A stretch of DNA of 64,000 nt from assembly GCA_043228905.1 (NCBI GenBank), contig JBHGNT010000005.1, forward strand, positions 186,001 through 250,000, read 5' to 3'. Shown in pieces: positions 40,033 to 53,393 of this stretch. Numbering within the stretch: position 1 is the first letter of the stretch; every line of letters starts with the position of its first letter. The DNA comes from Azolla caroliniana. Taxonomy: Eukaryota; Plantae; Polypodiophyta. Under the pieces are notes generated by a model that was not told the DNA's origin, searched no databases, and saw only the letters and a list, made by a program, of their open reading frames with translations. The translations under genes and the position numbers were made by a program.

Positions 40033-41481
40033 TCACTTATCTCTTGAGGATTCTGCGTATACCCACATTGAATATCTTGATTCAAACCCCTTACATTTTG
40101 TCAATCTTGTATCTGTCGTGTTTAAAAAAACATTTACAGACATTGCCTGTTTTCGGAGCTCTTCTATCTCATGTACGTGTTCCCACAACCCTGCATCAGC
40201 ATATATGCTGGACATGAGCACATATCCGGATCCATACCTAGGATTGATCTCAATTGCATTATCAAAACACTTCCTCCCCAGCTCTACATTGCCATGTTTT
40301 CTGCAAGAAGTGAGTAACGTTGTCCACCCTGCATCATGATTAACACGTTTGCTTGAAAGCAATTGTTCCGCTTTGCCTAACTCGCCTGACCTCGCAAGTA
40401 AGTCCACCATGCATATAATGTGATCCTCCGAAGCTATAATACCATAATGTCGCTCCATTAACTCAAAATAATATTGGCCCTCGATGAATAACCCTGCATG
40501 ACTACAAGCATTCAACAGACACTTGAAAGTTGTTCCATCTGGCTTCACACGTTCCCTTTGCATTTCCTCAAAGCACCTAATGGCCATCTCCCAATCATTA
40601 ACACTTCCATGTGCATTCATCATTGCTGTCCAAGACACCATATCTCTCTCCGATAAGCTATGGAACACTTGTTTACCCTCGTGAAGGAAGCCATGTTTGC
40701 CATACATGTCAATCAGTGCATTTCCGACAAACAAGTTCATATTGCATCCAACTTTCACCATCAAGGAATGGATTCTCTTACCTTCTTCTACTGCATTCTC
40801 ACATGCACATACCTTAAATAGACCAGAAAATGTGTGGGTATCTGGCAAGATGCCCTCAGTAAGCATTTCGTCAAAGAGAAATAGGGCTGCTTTATCAAAC
40901 CCATGTTGTGAATACCCTGTAATCATAGCATTCCATACGACCACATCTTTCACACTCATTTGATCAAACACGTCATTAGCCTCTGTCACACATCCACATT
41001 TCATGTACATGCCAAGCAACATACTACCGATATGCAAACTCATGTCAATTCCATATATGATGATGTCATTGTGGATTACTCTGCCATGCTGGAGCATCAA
41101 ATTAGTGCTACTAGCGCAGCAAGCCTTGAGAGAAGCCACATAGATGTGGTCATTTAGCTCCACATTGTTCATAGACCTTAAGCGATGGTATAGATCAATT
41201 GCTTCTTCACTCTTTCCACATCTTATATGCCCTGACATATATGCTTCCCAAGCATATATATCCGGATTACATGTTGTCAAGAAGACTTGTTTTCCTTCTC
41301 TTAAGCTCCCACAAATTGAGAACGCTCGGATGAGACCATTCCTGAGTATAGATTTTGAATACGAGCCAGAGTAGATGATCAACCTATGAAGCTTCCTAGC
41401 CATAGCTAAGTCTTTTTTTTTTATACAGTCTTGTAAGAGAGAGGAGAAGAAGACCTCCTCATTTCCATGCTCGTACATCAT
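40033..41481 (-). CDS. PLS-class PPR protein with E1/E2, no DYW, 482 aa
   Basis: Intronless ORF with P-L-S motifs (DVVVWNAMITGY, GNALIDMYGKHG, LLNACSHAGL, CMVDLLARSG), E1 (WTTLLTSCRKHGNVELG) and E2 (YVLMSSIYADAGLW), followed by a non-PPR tail. An upstream exon cannot be excluded. Confidence 0.9.
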   Translation of the reverse strand: MMYEHGNEEVFFSSLLQDCIKKKDLAMARKLHRLIIYSGSYSKSILRNGLIRAFSICGSLREGKQVFLTTCNPDIYAWEAYMSGHIRCGKSEEAIDLYHRLRSMNNVELNDHIYVASLKACCASSTNLMLQHGRVIHNDIIIYGIDMSLHIGSMLLGMYMKCGCVTEANDVFDQMSVKDVVVWNAMITGYSQHGFDKAALFLFDEMLTEGILPDTHTFSGLFKVCACENAVEEGKRIHSLMVKVGCNMNLFVGNALIDMYGKHGFLHEGKQVFHSLSERDMVSWTAMMNAHGSVNDWEMAIRCFEEMQRERVKPDGTTFKCLLNACSHAGLFIEGQYYFELMERHYGIIASEDHIICMVDLLARSGELGKAEQLLSSKRVNHDAGWTTLLTSCRKHGNVELGRKCFDNAIEINPRYGSGYVLMSSIYADAGLWEHVHEIEELRKQAMSVNVFLNTTDTRLTKCKGFESRYSMWVYAESSRDK

Positions 41482-43010
41482 GTCCTGAGGTCCTCTATTT
41501 CATCATCACAGCTCCTGATTTGATTGAATCACATTTCCTACAGATTCCCTTCTGAAACTACAATCACAACAATATTACCAGAGAATGATTTTACGATTGA
41601 TGAGATGTTACTCCATGATAATGAGATAAATGAACCTTGGCCTTTAAATTCCCCCCATAACACATATGGAATGGATGTGCTACAACATATCTGTCATTTG
41701 GGAGCGGGAAAGAGAATCTATTATTGCATTAGAGAATACATACAATGATTGGAGAAATTAAGTGCAGGGTCCTCGAGAAAGACCTTTCGGAGACTTCAGT
41801 AATACCGCTGCTTCTGTGTGGGGTGAATGTATATGTGAATAGCATCCCTATGTTGGCTTCCAAAGAGTAAGAAAATGTCCATAACCGTTTTCTTACAAAA
41901 TTGATCTTAAGTCTACAAACAAACTGCTTGGACGGGGCGAGATCACTTCGTATTGAGATCATGGTCACGGAAAAGGGTTGTTCAGTATATGCTTGAAGTT
42001 CAAACAAGTCCCTCGCATCGATTTTCTCCTGTAATGGCCTTCAGGAAACCCAAAATAGACACATAAAGGCAAAAGAGTTGTGTTTTGGCTGGATACAAAA
42101 TACGATAAAATGTTTTCGAATATGGGATGCATCACACTTATTTTTGAATACATCACTAAACTCCATTGAGAACAATACCTTTTCGTAATACCAAATTATA
42201 ATGACAGAAGAAATTTTGGAGGTTCACACTTCATATAATATACTACATTTGTTGCACCTCCCTACAAACCCATATTGTTCAACAGATGAGGAATTTAGCC
42301 CATGCATTGTTACATGTTAGAGTTCATCCCATTGCTTGCCATATGAACCATTGCTTCATTAGAACATAGTTTCATACTCACATCAATGTGATGTAGGATG
42401 TTGGGGCACAAGTGATGAGACTAGTTGATTATGCACACAAGTTATCATACTATGGTACAATGTTTCGCCGTTTATCACATTTAACTACGCTTACTGCACA
42501 TTTTCAACCCACCCCAACCCATGCACAAATTTCTCTCACAATCACAATGTGCATTCACTAGATGCAACATTTGTCAATAAAGTTCTTGATCATATAGAGA
42601 CACTCCTCACTTTGAGAATTTGTGGTATGGGACATGTTGTTTTCACAGTGGAAAGCATATGTCCCATATGAAGTGTGTCCGTACCCAGTTGGAGGCCACC
42701 ACTGTAAATCTAACCCACTTAAGAAACCTTTAATGTTACCTGCCACAAAGACCACCTTCACTATGACTCCGTCACAAAAACACTTCACCATAAACCTGTC
42801 ACAAAATCATCGATGCACATAATGGAAAGCCCACACTCTTGATGCCACTGTCTTCCATAACCCATAAGGTTATATAATTCACAAACAAAGAAAAATGTGA
42901 AACAAGGAGCCATCATAAATCTTCCAATTTGGATTAGGGTTTCCTGTGCCAATGTCTTTTCTTCATGTGTGACACAAAGTCAATGTTGTTAAAATACATG
43001 TTAAATCAAC

Positions 43011-43115
43011 TGTTAAGAATTAGGTAAGTAATTAAGCAAGGATTAATTAGTACCTAATTATATGATTAGTTGATAAGCGGAAGATTAAGTGATATGTGTG
43101 TGTATGTGTGAGAGA

Positions 43116-43157
<42 letters not shown>

Positions 43158-43465
43158 CAACACAATATGGGGGATGAGTAAGTATATTAAATTAGCATTA
43201 TCATCATCAAATACAAAAATACCCACAATGAGGTATATATACATCTCATGTGCAAAGGTGCACATGTGTGAGTAGAATATAGGTATCAATGTGTAAGTCC
43301 TATATTAAATGTACTTAGGAGTGGAGGATCTAGAATATCCCACTCAAGTACAAGGTCCTATTTAAGGTGTTATAGTCAACACTTCTCACTAGATTCTATT
43401 TAGGTAACTACAAAGTTACATGGTTGACTAACTAACTAAACTAAGTTGAGCTTGATCTCTCAACA
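43011..43465 (-). mobile_element. Solo LTR (same family as 25279-29574)
   Basis: TGTTAAGA...TCTCAACA ends, TSD TCAAC/TTAAC, shares blocks such as TCTCATGTGCAAAGGTGCACATGTGTGAG with 29350-29380, and contains an expanded (GA)n. Confidence 0.85.
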
Positions 43466-43472
43466 TTAACAT

Positions 43473-44053
43473 ATGAGATTGAGCCAGTTTCTGTAGGAGA
43501 ATTGAAGAAAAGCAGATGGGATGCCAAAGAGAAACTAGTTGAGTCTGTGATGAATACCCAATTGTTTTCAAGGGAAAGAAGGAGGTGGCGGTATTATGGG
43601 CTTTCATTATGGGTTTTGCTGTGTTCTATGGCTGTTTGATTTGTTCTATGGTTGCCTCATCGAGATGTCTCCAAAACATCGTACATTTTCAACATATGAT
43701 CCCATGGAATATAAATCAATGGTAGTGGCAAAGAAGTTAAATGGCAGAGAATGGTTCTAGTTGGACAATGTCCCACATGTTCAAGCAAAGGTGAATGGAA
43801 AAGAGGTGATAAAGAGGCTTATTCGTGCTAAAGTGGAGGCCTTCTCAAGGTTTATATGTGGTCTTATAGCTCGACGTAGCAATGGAATTTTCTCAAGGTT
43901 TATATGTGCTCTGCTAGCAAAGGTGTTATTGGCAACAATGTAGTTTTTTTGATAATATGTATTTGTGCAGAGGAAACAGTATTATGTACTATTTGTATAT
44001 TGCCTTTGGCTTTTTATTAATACTAATGGAGCATTTTTTATGGAAAAAAAAAA
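43473..44053 (+). mobile_element. 5'-truncated LINE-like retroposed fragment with poly(A)
   Basis: Perfect 11-bp TSD AACATTAACAT (43462-43472 / 44052-44062), A-tail at 44044-44053, and a 3' end (ACTAATGGA...) resembling that of the LINE ending at 14075. Confidence 0.7.
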
Positions 44054-45247
44054 CATTAACATTTAGCTTTTGACATTCAAACTTGTCATATCTATTTTCA
44101 TACTTAAGAACAAATAAGTCTTCATCAATGTTGATCTTCTCTAGAATTGGTTTACATATGTTGTTGTATTAGAGTTTCGTGCTTTGAGATGTTCAATGAT
44201 TTGATGTTAATGGAGATTATGTAAATTTTGTTTATATTAATGATCTTTGTATATGTTATTTGTGTTTGTTCGTTAATGTTAATGATAAGTATGTGTTTAG
44301 AATTGGGATGGGTATGTTAATGATGCATCATTAGCATATAATGCATGGGTGATATATTGGTCATGGAAAAAACAAACTATTAAAAGTTAGCCAATCCCAA
44401 TCACAATGCTCACCAACACATACGGATGTGTACCACTTGGATTAAGTTCACCTACGACTTGGTCACAAAATGTTACACTTATCTTCACATGTACATAGGT
44501 TGAAGGGAGAATTTAAGGAATTGACACTCTTTATTTCCATTTTGAGCAAAGCTCTTTGTTTAGAGAGTAGGGATTGCCGTTAGATTCAAGACTAATGAGG
44601 GTCCAGATCAACAATTGGTAATCAATTTTTTTTTAATGCATACTTCAATCGGAAGATAACACCCACCAATTCATAGAATGTCAAGTTGCTCTAAAGACTC
44701 ATGATTATATTTTCAGGATTTGGTGAAGTCTTTCGAGAGAAAACCCGACTTCAAAGATGGAGGTAATCTTTCTCTTGCAAGGATGATATTGGGGGCTAAC
44801 GACACGAGTAGGACATGCATTGTGCTTCCATATTCGAGTAATCAAGTTTGTTCGGAGCAAGTAGGGGTTTGCTCTACAGATGTAAATGGGAATGGAGCCT
44901 GGGGAGATCCAGATGGATATGGACGTGGAACTTGGGAAGAACAAAGGTGTATGAAAAGTGTATAAGAGACACACACCGCAAAAAAGACTTAAAACCCTCA
45001 TCCTCTAAAGGCCTTGACCCTCACTCAGTTTTTAGAAATTTACACAGCATGCCCCTCCCATCCCTTCCTTCGTGGCGACTCCCCAATTAAAAAAAAGCCA
45101 AACGTGTTATAGGGTAGGGGTATTTTTCTTGCTCTTCAAAGGCATATTTTATAAATCTCTCTCCCTCTCTCTCTCTCTCTCTCTGTGTCTTCCAATTTCT
45201 GTAACCCTAATTTCTCTGTGCGTGTATTCGGCAAATTTTTTTTGGAC

Positions 45248-48200
45248 ATGGCGCTCGACGTCGCCTCTGCGCCCCGTAAGCGACGCAGAGTAGAACGGGA
45301 TGATCGCAAACTGTCTCGTTATTCCTTAAAGAAGGTTAGAATAAAAAACAGATCTTCTGCAGATTTAGTAACGGTGCCTGTTTCCACTTGCTTCTTCATC
45401 ATCTTCTTCACTGATTGTTCTTGTGACAAAGAGTGGTCAACGCATGTCTGTTTTCTCTATTAATTTATATATAAGAAGGATGCATGCTTTTGTCTGTTTC
45501 GCTTTCTTCAGACATTCTGTTGTTAAAATTAGCAGACCTTGAGGATTATTTCCGTTGTAGAGAGATTTTGAGTACTATTTCAGTTTTCTTGGTTTCGTCA
45601 GAAACCTTTGTCAGATAAGGAATGTCATGTTGTGGTTATTTGAACATTTCTTTTTTTTTTCTTAAGAAATTGTGGTAAGTTCAACACTGATCAGGAAGAT
45701 ATGCGAATGATTATAGTATATTCTCTCTTCATCAAGAGATCTTTTATAAGGCCAAGAGTATTCTCATTAAAAGTGGTGGTGAAACACTACACAGATGATC
45801 TGAACATGCACCGAATTACCTTTTTCTCGATTCTTTCGGAGATTTAATGTAAGCCAGGAGGGAATCGCCTCTGTTTAACGTGCTTTGTATGATCACGGGA
45901 GGTTGTTGAAGATTTGCAAATGCTTTCTGTTTCTCATGGTGGAACTCGTAGTTAAGATTGATACAGGCAGTATAGGTATGCAAATTGCTTCTGTTGACAT
46001 CGTTTATGAGATCAGCAGACAAATTTGCCAGTTCCAGAGATCGTTGAAAGTTTCCAACGGTGCACAGATACGAGCATGGTCATATTTTTGTTTCTTTATC
46101 TTATTTAGAGATTTATTATAAAATGAGGATATTTCTGTGTCTTGTGGTAGATATTCTCGTAAAGTCAACAAATTATGTAGATATAGGAGTGATCTCTGTT
46201 TCTTGCTTCGGAAATGATTGGTGTAAGATGAACGTAAAAATATTTGTTGTCAGTAAGTGTTTGCGGATTATCAACTACTTGGTAAATGTTTCTTGTTTGT
46301 TCATGATGGTTTTAATATCAACAGGTCGTGTAGATCCTTTGGAATTTTCTCGTTTTTTTGTTCTGTTTTCTGGTGCCTTCAGACATGATTGTAATGGCAA
46401 TCCATGATTCCTTTATCTTGCTTACTCAGAATAGTGTAAATATATAAATGGTTTTTTCCCCCTATTTCCTTGTTTCTTTATGTAGTTGTAAGATCGGCAT
46501 ATTTGATTTTGGTTTGATCAGATAATAGTTTTTATACATCTCTTGTGCTTCTCACTTCGTTCCAGATAGTTATAAGATCAGCAAATTCTTTTTCCTTTCA
46601 TCATCAGAAAATTGTGCGCTTTTCAGGTCTACCATGGTGTGGATGTAAGGGATAATAGTAGTGGATTTTACTCTGGCCAGGAGAAAGTTTGCACACGAGA
46701 ACACATTGCTTTGTCACCGCGGTGGTTGGATGATGATACTGATGGGCACTTCAACTTTGATCTTGGAGACAGCTTAACCTTGCGATGTACAGTATTATCT
46801 CAATTTATAGTATTTTGCTTATGTAATCGCCAAAACATTTTCTCTGAATTTTATAAACGAATTCTCTGAATTTTTGTTTGAGAGATGCCTATAGTACCTT
46901 ATTTGAGAATACTACAGAGATTGCATGTTTGGCAGATGAAATTGAGAAGCCATATTGCTCTGAATTGATGAAAAGAATCATGTATCTCTTCATTGATGAA
47001 GAAACTATGACATATTATCTAACTTTGTCAATATAACTTTTCATTTTGATTTACTAAATTATGAACGGGTTTATGGTTTCCTTGCATAAAATGAAGAAAG
47101 CATTGAAAACTGATATAGAAACTCACAGAATTTAGAAATAGAACAGGGATATATCATGTGGAAGTTGGTGAAGAGACGTTCATGTTGTTTCCTTGAATGT
47201 TAGGATATGTTTGGGAATGGGATTACAGTTTGTATCTTAGGATGCATGTCATCTCATTGTCAAAAAAATTTGGGAAATTGGTGAAAAGACATTTGGAAAG
47301 ATTCACAATTTCTAATAGGTTTAATTTTAACATTATACAAACCTTTCAAGTTATAACTTTGGAGAATCATGAAGGAATTTTCCCCTTGTTCTTAAATGTT
47401 ACTTTGGGTCTGGGTTTTGATAGCACCTTTATTGTAGGATAAAGAAGGGGTAAGACTTGTACTTGCCTTTGTAGTTTTCTGAAGAGTTAATGTGCATATC
47501 TTGTTTCAGACAAAATTATTCGGAAAATTGGTGAAGGGACATTTGGACGTGTCCTCGAATGTTGGGATAGGGATTGCCAAGAGCATGTTGCTATCAAGGT
47601 CATTCGGAGTGCTGAAAAATATCGAGAAGCTGCAATGATCGAAATCGACGTGCTGCATACACTTGGTGAGAAGGACCGGATGGGTTCACGGTAAGTCATC
47701 AATTTTTCCTCTTTTCTTCTAATGTGGATGATGAATTAAGCTTCCGGCATAGTCTGGTTATAAGATAATGAACTGATAGGATTTTCACTCTCACCTCAGA
47801 GGTTGTGTTCAGATCAGGAGATGGTTTGATTATCGTAACCATATTTGTATTGTAAGTAATTAATTCATGAAAAATTGGTATTATTACAAATAAATTTAAA
47901 ATTGCTAGTGGTTGGACCTCACATTGGGCTTTGTCAACTATTTCTTGAATCATCCCAAAAGTTGTGATATATGGCATGCATTCTGCATTTATGCTGGGTG
48001 CATAACAGGTTTTTGAGAGGCTTGGACCAAGCTTGTTTGATTTCTTACGAACAAATGAATATCGTCCATTCCCTGTGGATCTTGTCCGGGATTTTGGAAG
48101 GCAGCTTTTGGAATCTGTGGCATGTTTGTTCTAGCACCTGAAACTTCCTCTAGTTTTGTAGTCTTTGTAAATCTGTACGGTGAAATGAGTCGGAGACTTC

Positions 48201-50064
48201 AATAAAAGTGTTAAAGTGATGATTATTTACTGATAACTGCAGACATGCATGGCATGAGTCTTATTCATACTGATTTAAAACCAGAGAATGTTCTACTGGT
48301 GTCTTCTGAATACTCGAAGGTCGTTGACCGGAAGGTACTAGTTAAATTGAAGCATATTAGATGATGCAAGTAATTGGCACATGTTTTGTCTTGCACTTTT
48401 TTGAATTTCCTATGGGATTGACATTGAAAACAGAATACCACAAAGCATTCACTTCAAATGAAACGTGTTCCGAAATCATCTAGCATAAAGCTTATCGATT
48501 TTGGTAGCACAATGATTAATAAAGAGTCAAATCATTCAGTCATCTCAACAAGGCACTATCGCGCCCCTGAAGTGATTTTAGGTTTGTAATAAATGTCCTT
48601 GCATGATAAATTAGGTGGCCATGTGCAAACGTGGCAATTGTTTTTGTTATCTTGTATTTGTCACACGAATACTAGAGTGATATATCCAGGTTTTGGGTGG
48701 AGCTATCCTTGTGATATCTGGAGCGTCGGTTGTATTATGGTTGAACTTTGCTCGGTATTAGTTCATTTTGTCATTAACCTCTATAGTTATTTCTTGTGTG
48801 GCATGTAAAGTGTTGTACTATGTATCTAGTCAAGACACACGAGATTAATGGTGATTATATTGATGTTCTTGTTGTAGGGTGAAGTTCTATTCCAAACACA
48901 TGAAAATCTAGAGCATCTTGCCATGATGGAACGTGTTCTTGGACCCATGCCCTCCCACATAATCAAACACTCGACGTGAGTATGCAAGGTTATCTGGGTA
49001 TATTAATCATTGTGAGCTCAAAGTTTGTTTTGATGTATGAATTTTCACTGTCTTTATGATTGGTATTGACCAATTTCACGGTTTTTATGAATTTTCAGTC
49101 TTGAGAATATTTGATAACTCTTAAGTGTTTACCGTTGGTAGCTATTTTTATTTTTATTCCTCTTTGATATGCTACTAAAATTTATGTCTTCTATTTACTG
49201 TCACTAGTATCAATATTTTGCTCATAGATTTCAATCTCTTTTTTTTGGTGTTACTCCTGTTTACGTTTATTTATTTATCGTTTTTCGTTGATGTTTAATT
49301 ATTTTTATATTTTCTTCTCACTATAACAAATTTTATTTATTTATTATCGTCTTTGGTTGATGTTTAATTTTTTTTATATTTTCCTGTCTATAACAAAAAA
49401 ATTATCTCTATTTTTTCTGGATTTCTGGACAATATCATGCTATTGTAATAAGTTTTATTTATATTAGTTAAAGACAATACAATAGTTCACTTTTCGTTTA
49501 TTGCTGTTATTTATTTATTTATATTCTAATTATCTAGTATTTTGGCTTGATCATCATCTTAGTTTAATGGGAAACTCTTATTTTCCATATATACTTTAAT
49601 TTGGATAAAAAGTAGCATTAATTCATGGTTGAATTATTCATCTGTTCTTCATTTTCTAACCACTGAACCTGTACACTCTCAATGATTCACTAAAATTTTA
49701 TTGTGATGTTTATACTTTAGGAGTGCAACTCACAAATATTTCAAGCATGGTAAATCGTTGAGTTGGCCTGATCGGTCAACTACAAGTGAGAGTATCCGAG
49801 CTGTGCATAAATTACCCCGTCTTAGGGTAAAGCATATTGATTGCATCAAAGAAATCTGTTGTTTTAAATCGTTGATTATATGGGCGCTTAAGTCTTTTAC
49901 ATTTTGTTTTTTTCAAGGACCTTGTAATGGAAAATGTGGAGAACTCTGCTAGTTCACTTGTTGATCTATTGGAGCAGCTACTGAAATATGATCCTTCTGA
50001 GAGGCCTACAGCTAAGGAGGCTTTAAATCATCGCTTTTTTCAAAGCTCTCTAAGGGATCAATAG
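45248..50064 (+). CDS. AFC: LAMMER dual-specificity kinase (AFC/CLK family), 11 exons, about 416 aa
   Basis: Exons 45248-45334, 46627-46786, 47510-47690, 47800-47851, 48009-48123, 48243-48334, 48434-48581, 48690-48754, 48878-48975, 49721-49826 and 49918-50064 (1251 nt, in frame). Motifs [31 protein letters not shown] and the signature [12 protein letters not shown]-terminal NLS PRKRRR. Confidence 0.95.
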
Positions 50065-50650
50065 ATTTTACATAGCTTGTGCTTCAAATGTACATAACTC
50101 CTATTTTACTTGAAGTATGTATCAATATAATATTTACCTCCCTCATCTGTTTCTTTCTAATTGCTAGGAAATCATATAATGTGTGTTCTTATTGTTTGTT
50201 AAAGACTCTCAATGCTCACATGTGCCTTCAAGTGAGCAATATAGCTTGCTTGAGAGAAATTGTTCAAGAAGTTGCGAGTCTTTGTTGCCTTTGGAGATTC
50301 TGAAAGTACATTGCTAAAGCTTTCATGATATGCAGATATGTTACTATCTGTTTGAGTGTGAGAGTTGTAAGGGCTAAATTCATTAATTTAGGATGATCTG
50401 GGGAAGCAAAAAGTTAATGAGCAAGTTAAGTACTCGATTGATTGTGGAGCAGCCTTGAGAGTTATTTAACTATAGGATCGCAATTAGAAGATTTGGGGAG
50501 TATTCATTTAGCTGTCTGCTATTGAGACAGATTGTATAATTGCTGCCTTTGAATATGTTTCTGTAAGAATGCTGCCTTGTGAAGCAGTCTGGTCTCCAGT
50601 TTGTTGAACCTAATCTAGGTACGCACTTGAATGTGGTACACAGGACTAGT

Positions 50651-50875
50651 AGAGGATTTAGGTTGAGGGGGTTTTCTGGTAAGGAAGAATTAACTTCTTT
50701 TGGGGAACAAAGTGGCTTTATGAATGGGGTATAATTGGACATTTCTCATTAATTAAATGAGTTGAAGCTAATACTTGAATATGGTACGTAGGAACAACAA
50801 AAGATTTAGGTAGAGGGGATTTTTTGATAAGAAAGTGTAACTTCTTCTGGGGAACAAAGTGGCTTTATGAATGGA
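50651..50875. repeat. Diverged tandem duplication, about 147-bp period
   Basis: TAACTTCTT(T/C)TGGGGAACAAAGTGGCTTTATGAATGG at 50691 and 50838; the upstream flanks also align. Confidence 0.85.
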
Positions 50876-51335
50876 TACAGCTGAATAATGTGGCTTCCTT
50901 TAATTTAACTAGAGAAGGGTCTAATATATCTTGTGATCTCAGAAGAATTATGTGGTTTTGACAGATCTTTTGGGCTATTATCACATGATCATTGGCACCT
51001 TTTAACTAAGTATATTGATAGATGTGGTTTCCAACCTTGTGATTGGTTTGAGGTGTTGTAACCATGAACTTAATGTAATGTTGCAAAGGATATTGCCTAT
51101 GGGTTTTATATAGGGAGAATAAGACATCCAATTCCAGGAGTAGTGTTGTGTATACTATCACTCAAGATGACAAAGGCAATTGCAACAAAGTATACACCAA
51201 CATGAGGACTAAAATATGTAATAAAAAATAGGACTAGGACTACATGTTGAATCCAAACTAAGACTACATGTCGAAACTTTATGTGGAGGCCATACGTCTC
51301 CACTTAGCAATGGGGTTCAATACTCTACAACCTTC

Positions 51336-51502
51336 AATATTGAGAAGTTAGTACAATATAAGTTCACTACCTTGAAAGGCTCTATGTTGAAATTTTATAT
51401 AGAAGCCCCATGTCTGTATTGGTTGTGGCGTTTGATACTGTACAACTTACTTGATGTTATATTATTAAATATTGAGAAGTAAGTACAATATAAGTTTACC
51501 AC
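51336..51502. repeat. Direct repeat, 132-bp spacing
   Basis: AATATTGAGAAGT(T/A)AGTACAATATAAGTT at 51336 and 51468. Confidence 0.8.
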
Positions 51503-53252
51503 TTTGAGAGAGATAGATTGTTAAATTGATATTGATGTTCATGGGAAATTGCAATTTGTGGAAATGTGTTTTTTCGGGTTTTATGACCTATAATGCTATA
51601 GTATGAACTTACAAGCCATGGTAAACTCACAAACAGGAGAAAGCTTAAGGGAGAGATTACAAGCCAATCTGTGTGAGAGGCATAACCAAGTGTACTAGGA
51701 GCGGGATTAAAGTGGTATATAAATTTTGTTAGGGTTTTCATGTCGGGATGGAAAGCCTCTAATTACGAGAAGCTTCATGTGATATATGACGTGAAAATTG
51801 AAGCACCCTGGCCCATTAGTCAGGTTTCGAACTTATAAGCAATATAGTACTATAGAAGTATGGGGTTTCCAAGTTTTTAAGGAGACATGGTACTAGGCAT
51901 GGTATTGGGGGGGGGGGGGGGGGGCTCAACTTGTTCTTGTTCAAGCAATATGGTACAAGAGAAGTGTGTCTACTAGATTTATCAAAGTGTACTCAATAGA
52001 GTGATCTATAAGAGAAGAGAAGAGAAGAAGTTATGATGAAAAGACATGTCAGAATTAGAGAAGCAAGTTACATATTAGTAATTAAAATTATAGCATGGAA
52101 ATGTATTTAAGGGCTTCTTTTATTTTCTTTTATATTATAGACACATGCTTTATAATGATTTTGAGTCACCTTTTTTATTTGTACACAACCTTATTACACA
52201 ATCTAAGCCCAAAATTCTTGAAGTACCTTTTCTTGAAGAATTTTTTTACATTTGTTTGATTGACTTATTCTTTCTACTTTAAATTGCATGATATGATTAC
52301 TGTCATACATGTGTGTGTGCGCGTGTGTGCGCACTAATGAATGAATGATTATCACAGAGAGTTTTGAATAATGCATCCAATTATGAGTGATTGACAATGA
52401 GTTTGTACTCATTGCCAAAATGAAGGGGGAATGTACCTATAATTATGTGCTAGAGATTGAAAAACTTAAGGCCCTTGTATTGGGCCTCGAGCTTAATGCT
52501 TCCTTCATGGGCCATAGTTACGTTATCCTAATTCAAAACAATTCGATTTCAGAGTGTGATGTGTGAATTTGGCACACGATGGGCGAATAACTAATAGCCG
52601 AGTAGTGGCACCATAACAAGTTATGTTGGTCCAACTATATAAACCTTTGTAAGAGGTTTTGTGTGCCACATCTACAAAGTTCGGAGCATGTTTCTTACCT
52701 TGGCAATTAGAAACAATTGCGATGAGCAACAACATGGGAGGACGATATCAATTTTTAAGCAATGATATACATAATTGGGTTTGGGGGTTGCATAGACCCT
52801 TGCATAAGTAAATGCTAGAATGTTTTTCAATTTGGCAAGCCTCATACACGATAGCATGTAAAATGACAAGGTGTTGTTCATATAACTTCAAAGTGACTCC
52901 AATATGGTTTGAGATATATACCAAGAGTGTGACCAATGTTAGAATTGTATGCCCATTACCAAAGACTACTAACTAAGATCTAGACTAGTGGGTTCAGGAG
53001 TGTACAAGTTTCAAACCAATGCCATGAAAGTAGGTAGGACACACTCCGTCCTTATCACTCAAAATTTTTGTGTCTTGTCGAGAGTTTTCACAAATATCAC
53101 AATAATACTCTTTGATGGCATTGGAGACAAGTGTTGGTTCATAGCTATTGTGATTGTTATAAGAATGAGCGCGACCCTCGAAAATGCCATATGAGACAAG
53201 TTGTGTCAAGTCACATGCATGACTCGCTAGGTGGTGTCAAAGATTTGTTGCC

Positions 53253-53259
53253 TATATAA
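53253..53259 (+). promoter_or_regulatory. TATA box of the MIRNA transcription unit
   Basis: CCTATATAAG about 135 bp upstream of the hairpin, followed by a pyrimidine-rich and (CA)n leader. Confidence 0.6.
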
Positions 53260-53393
53260 GGCTCGGAGCACCTCTCTTCTATGTAAATTGATCTCTTCAT
53301 ACTTGTAAATCCATCTGCCATATAGATATAGCATATACATATACACACATATTTACACACACACACACACACACAAGTTCTTATATTGATGTA

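Noticed and set aside
47727-47776. C-box (ATGATGA) and D-box (CTGA) pair in a kinase intron; similar pairs near 2524-2640 and 45705-45803
   Set aside because: Too short or lacking terminal stems, and no recognisable rRNA or snRNA guide sequence; expected by chance in AT-rich DNA.
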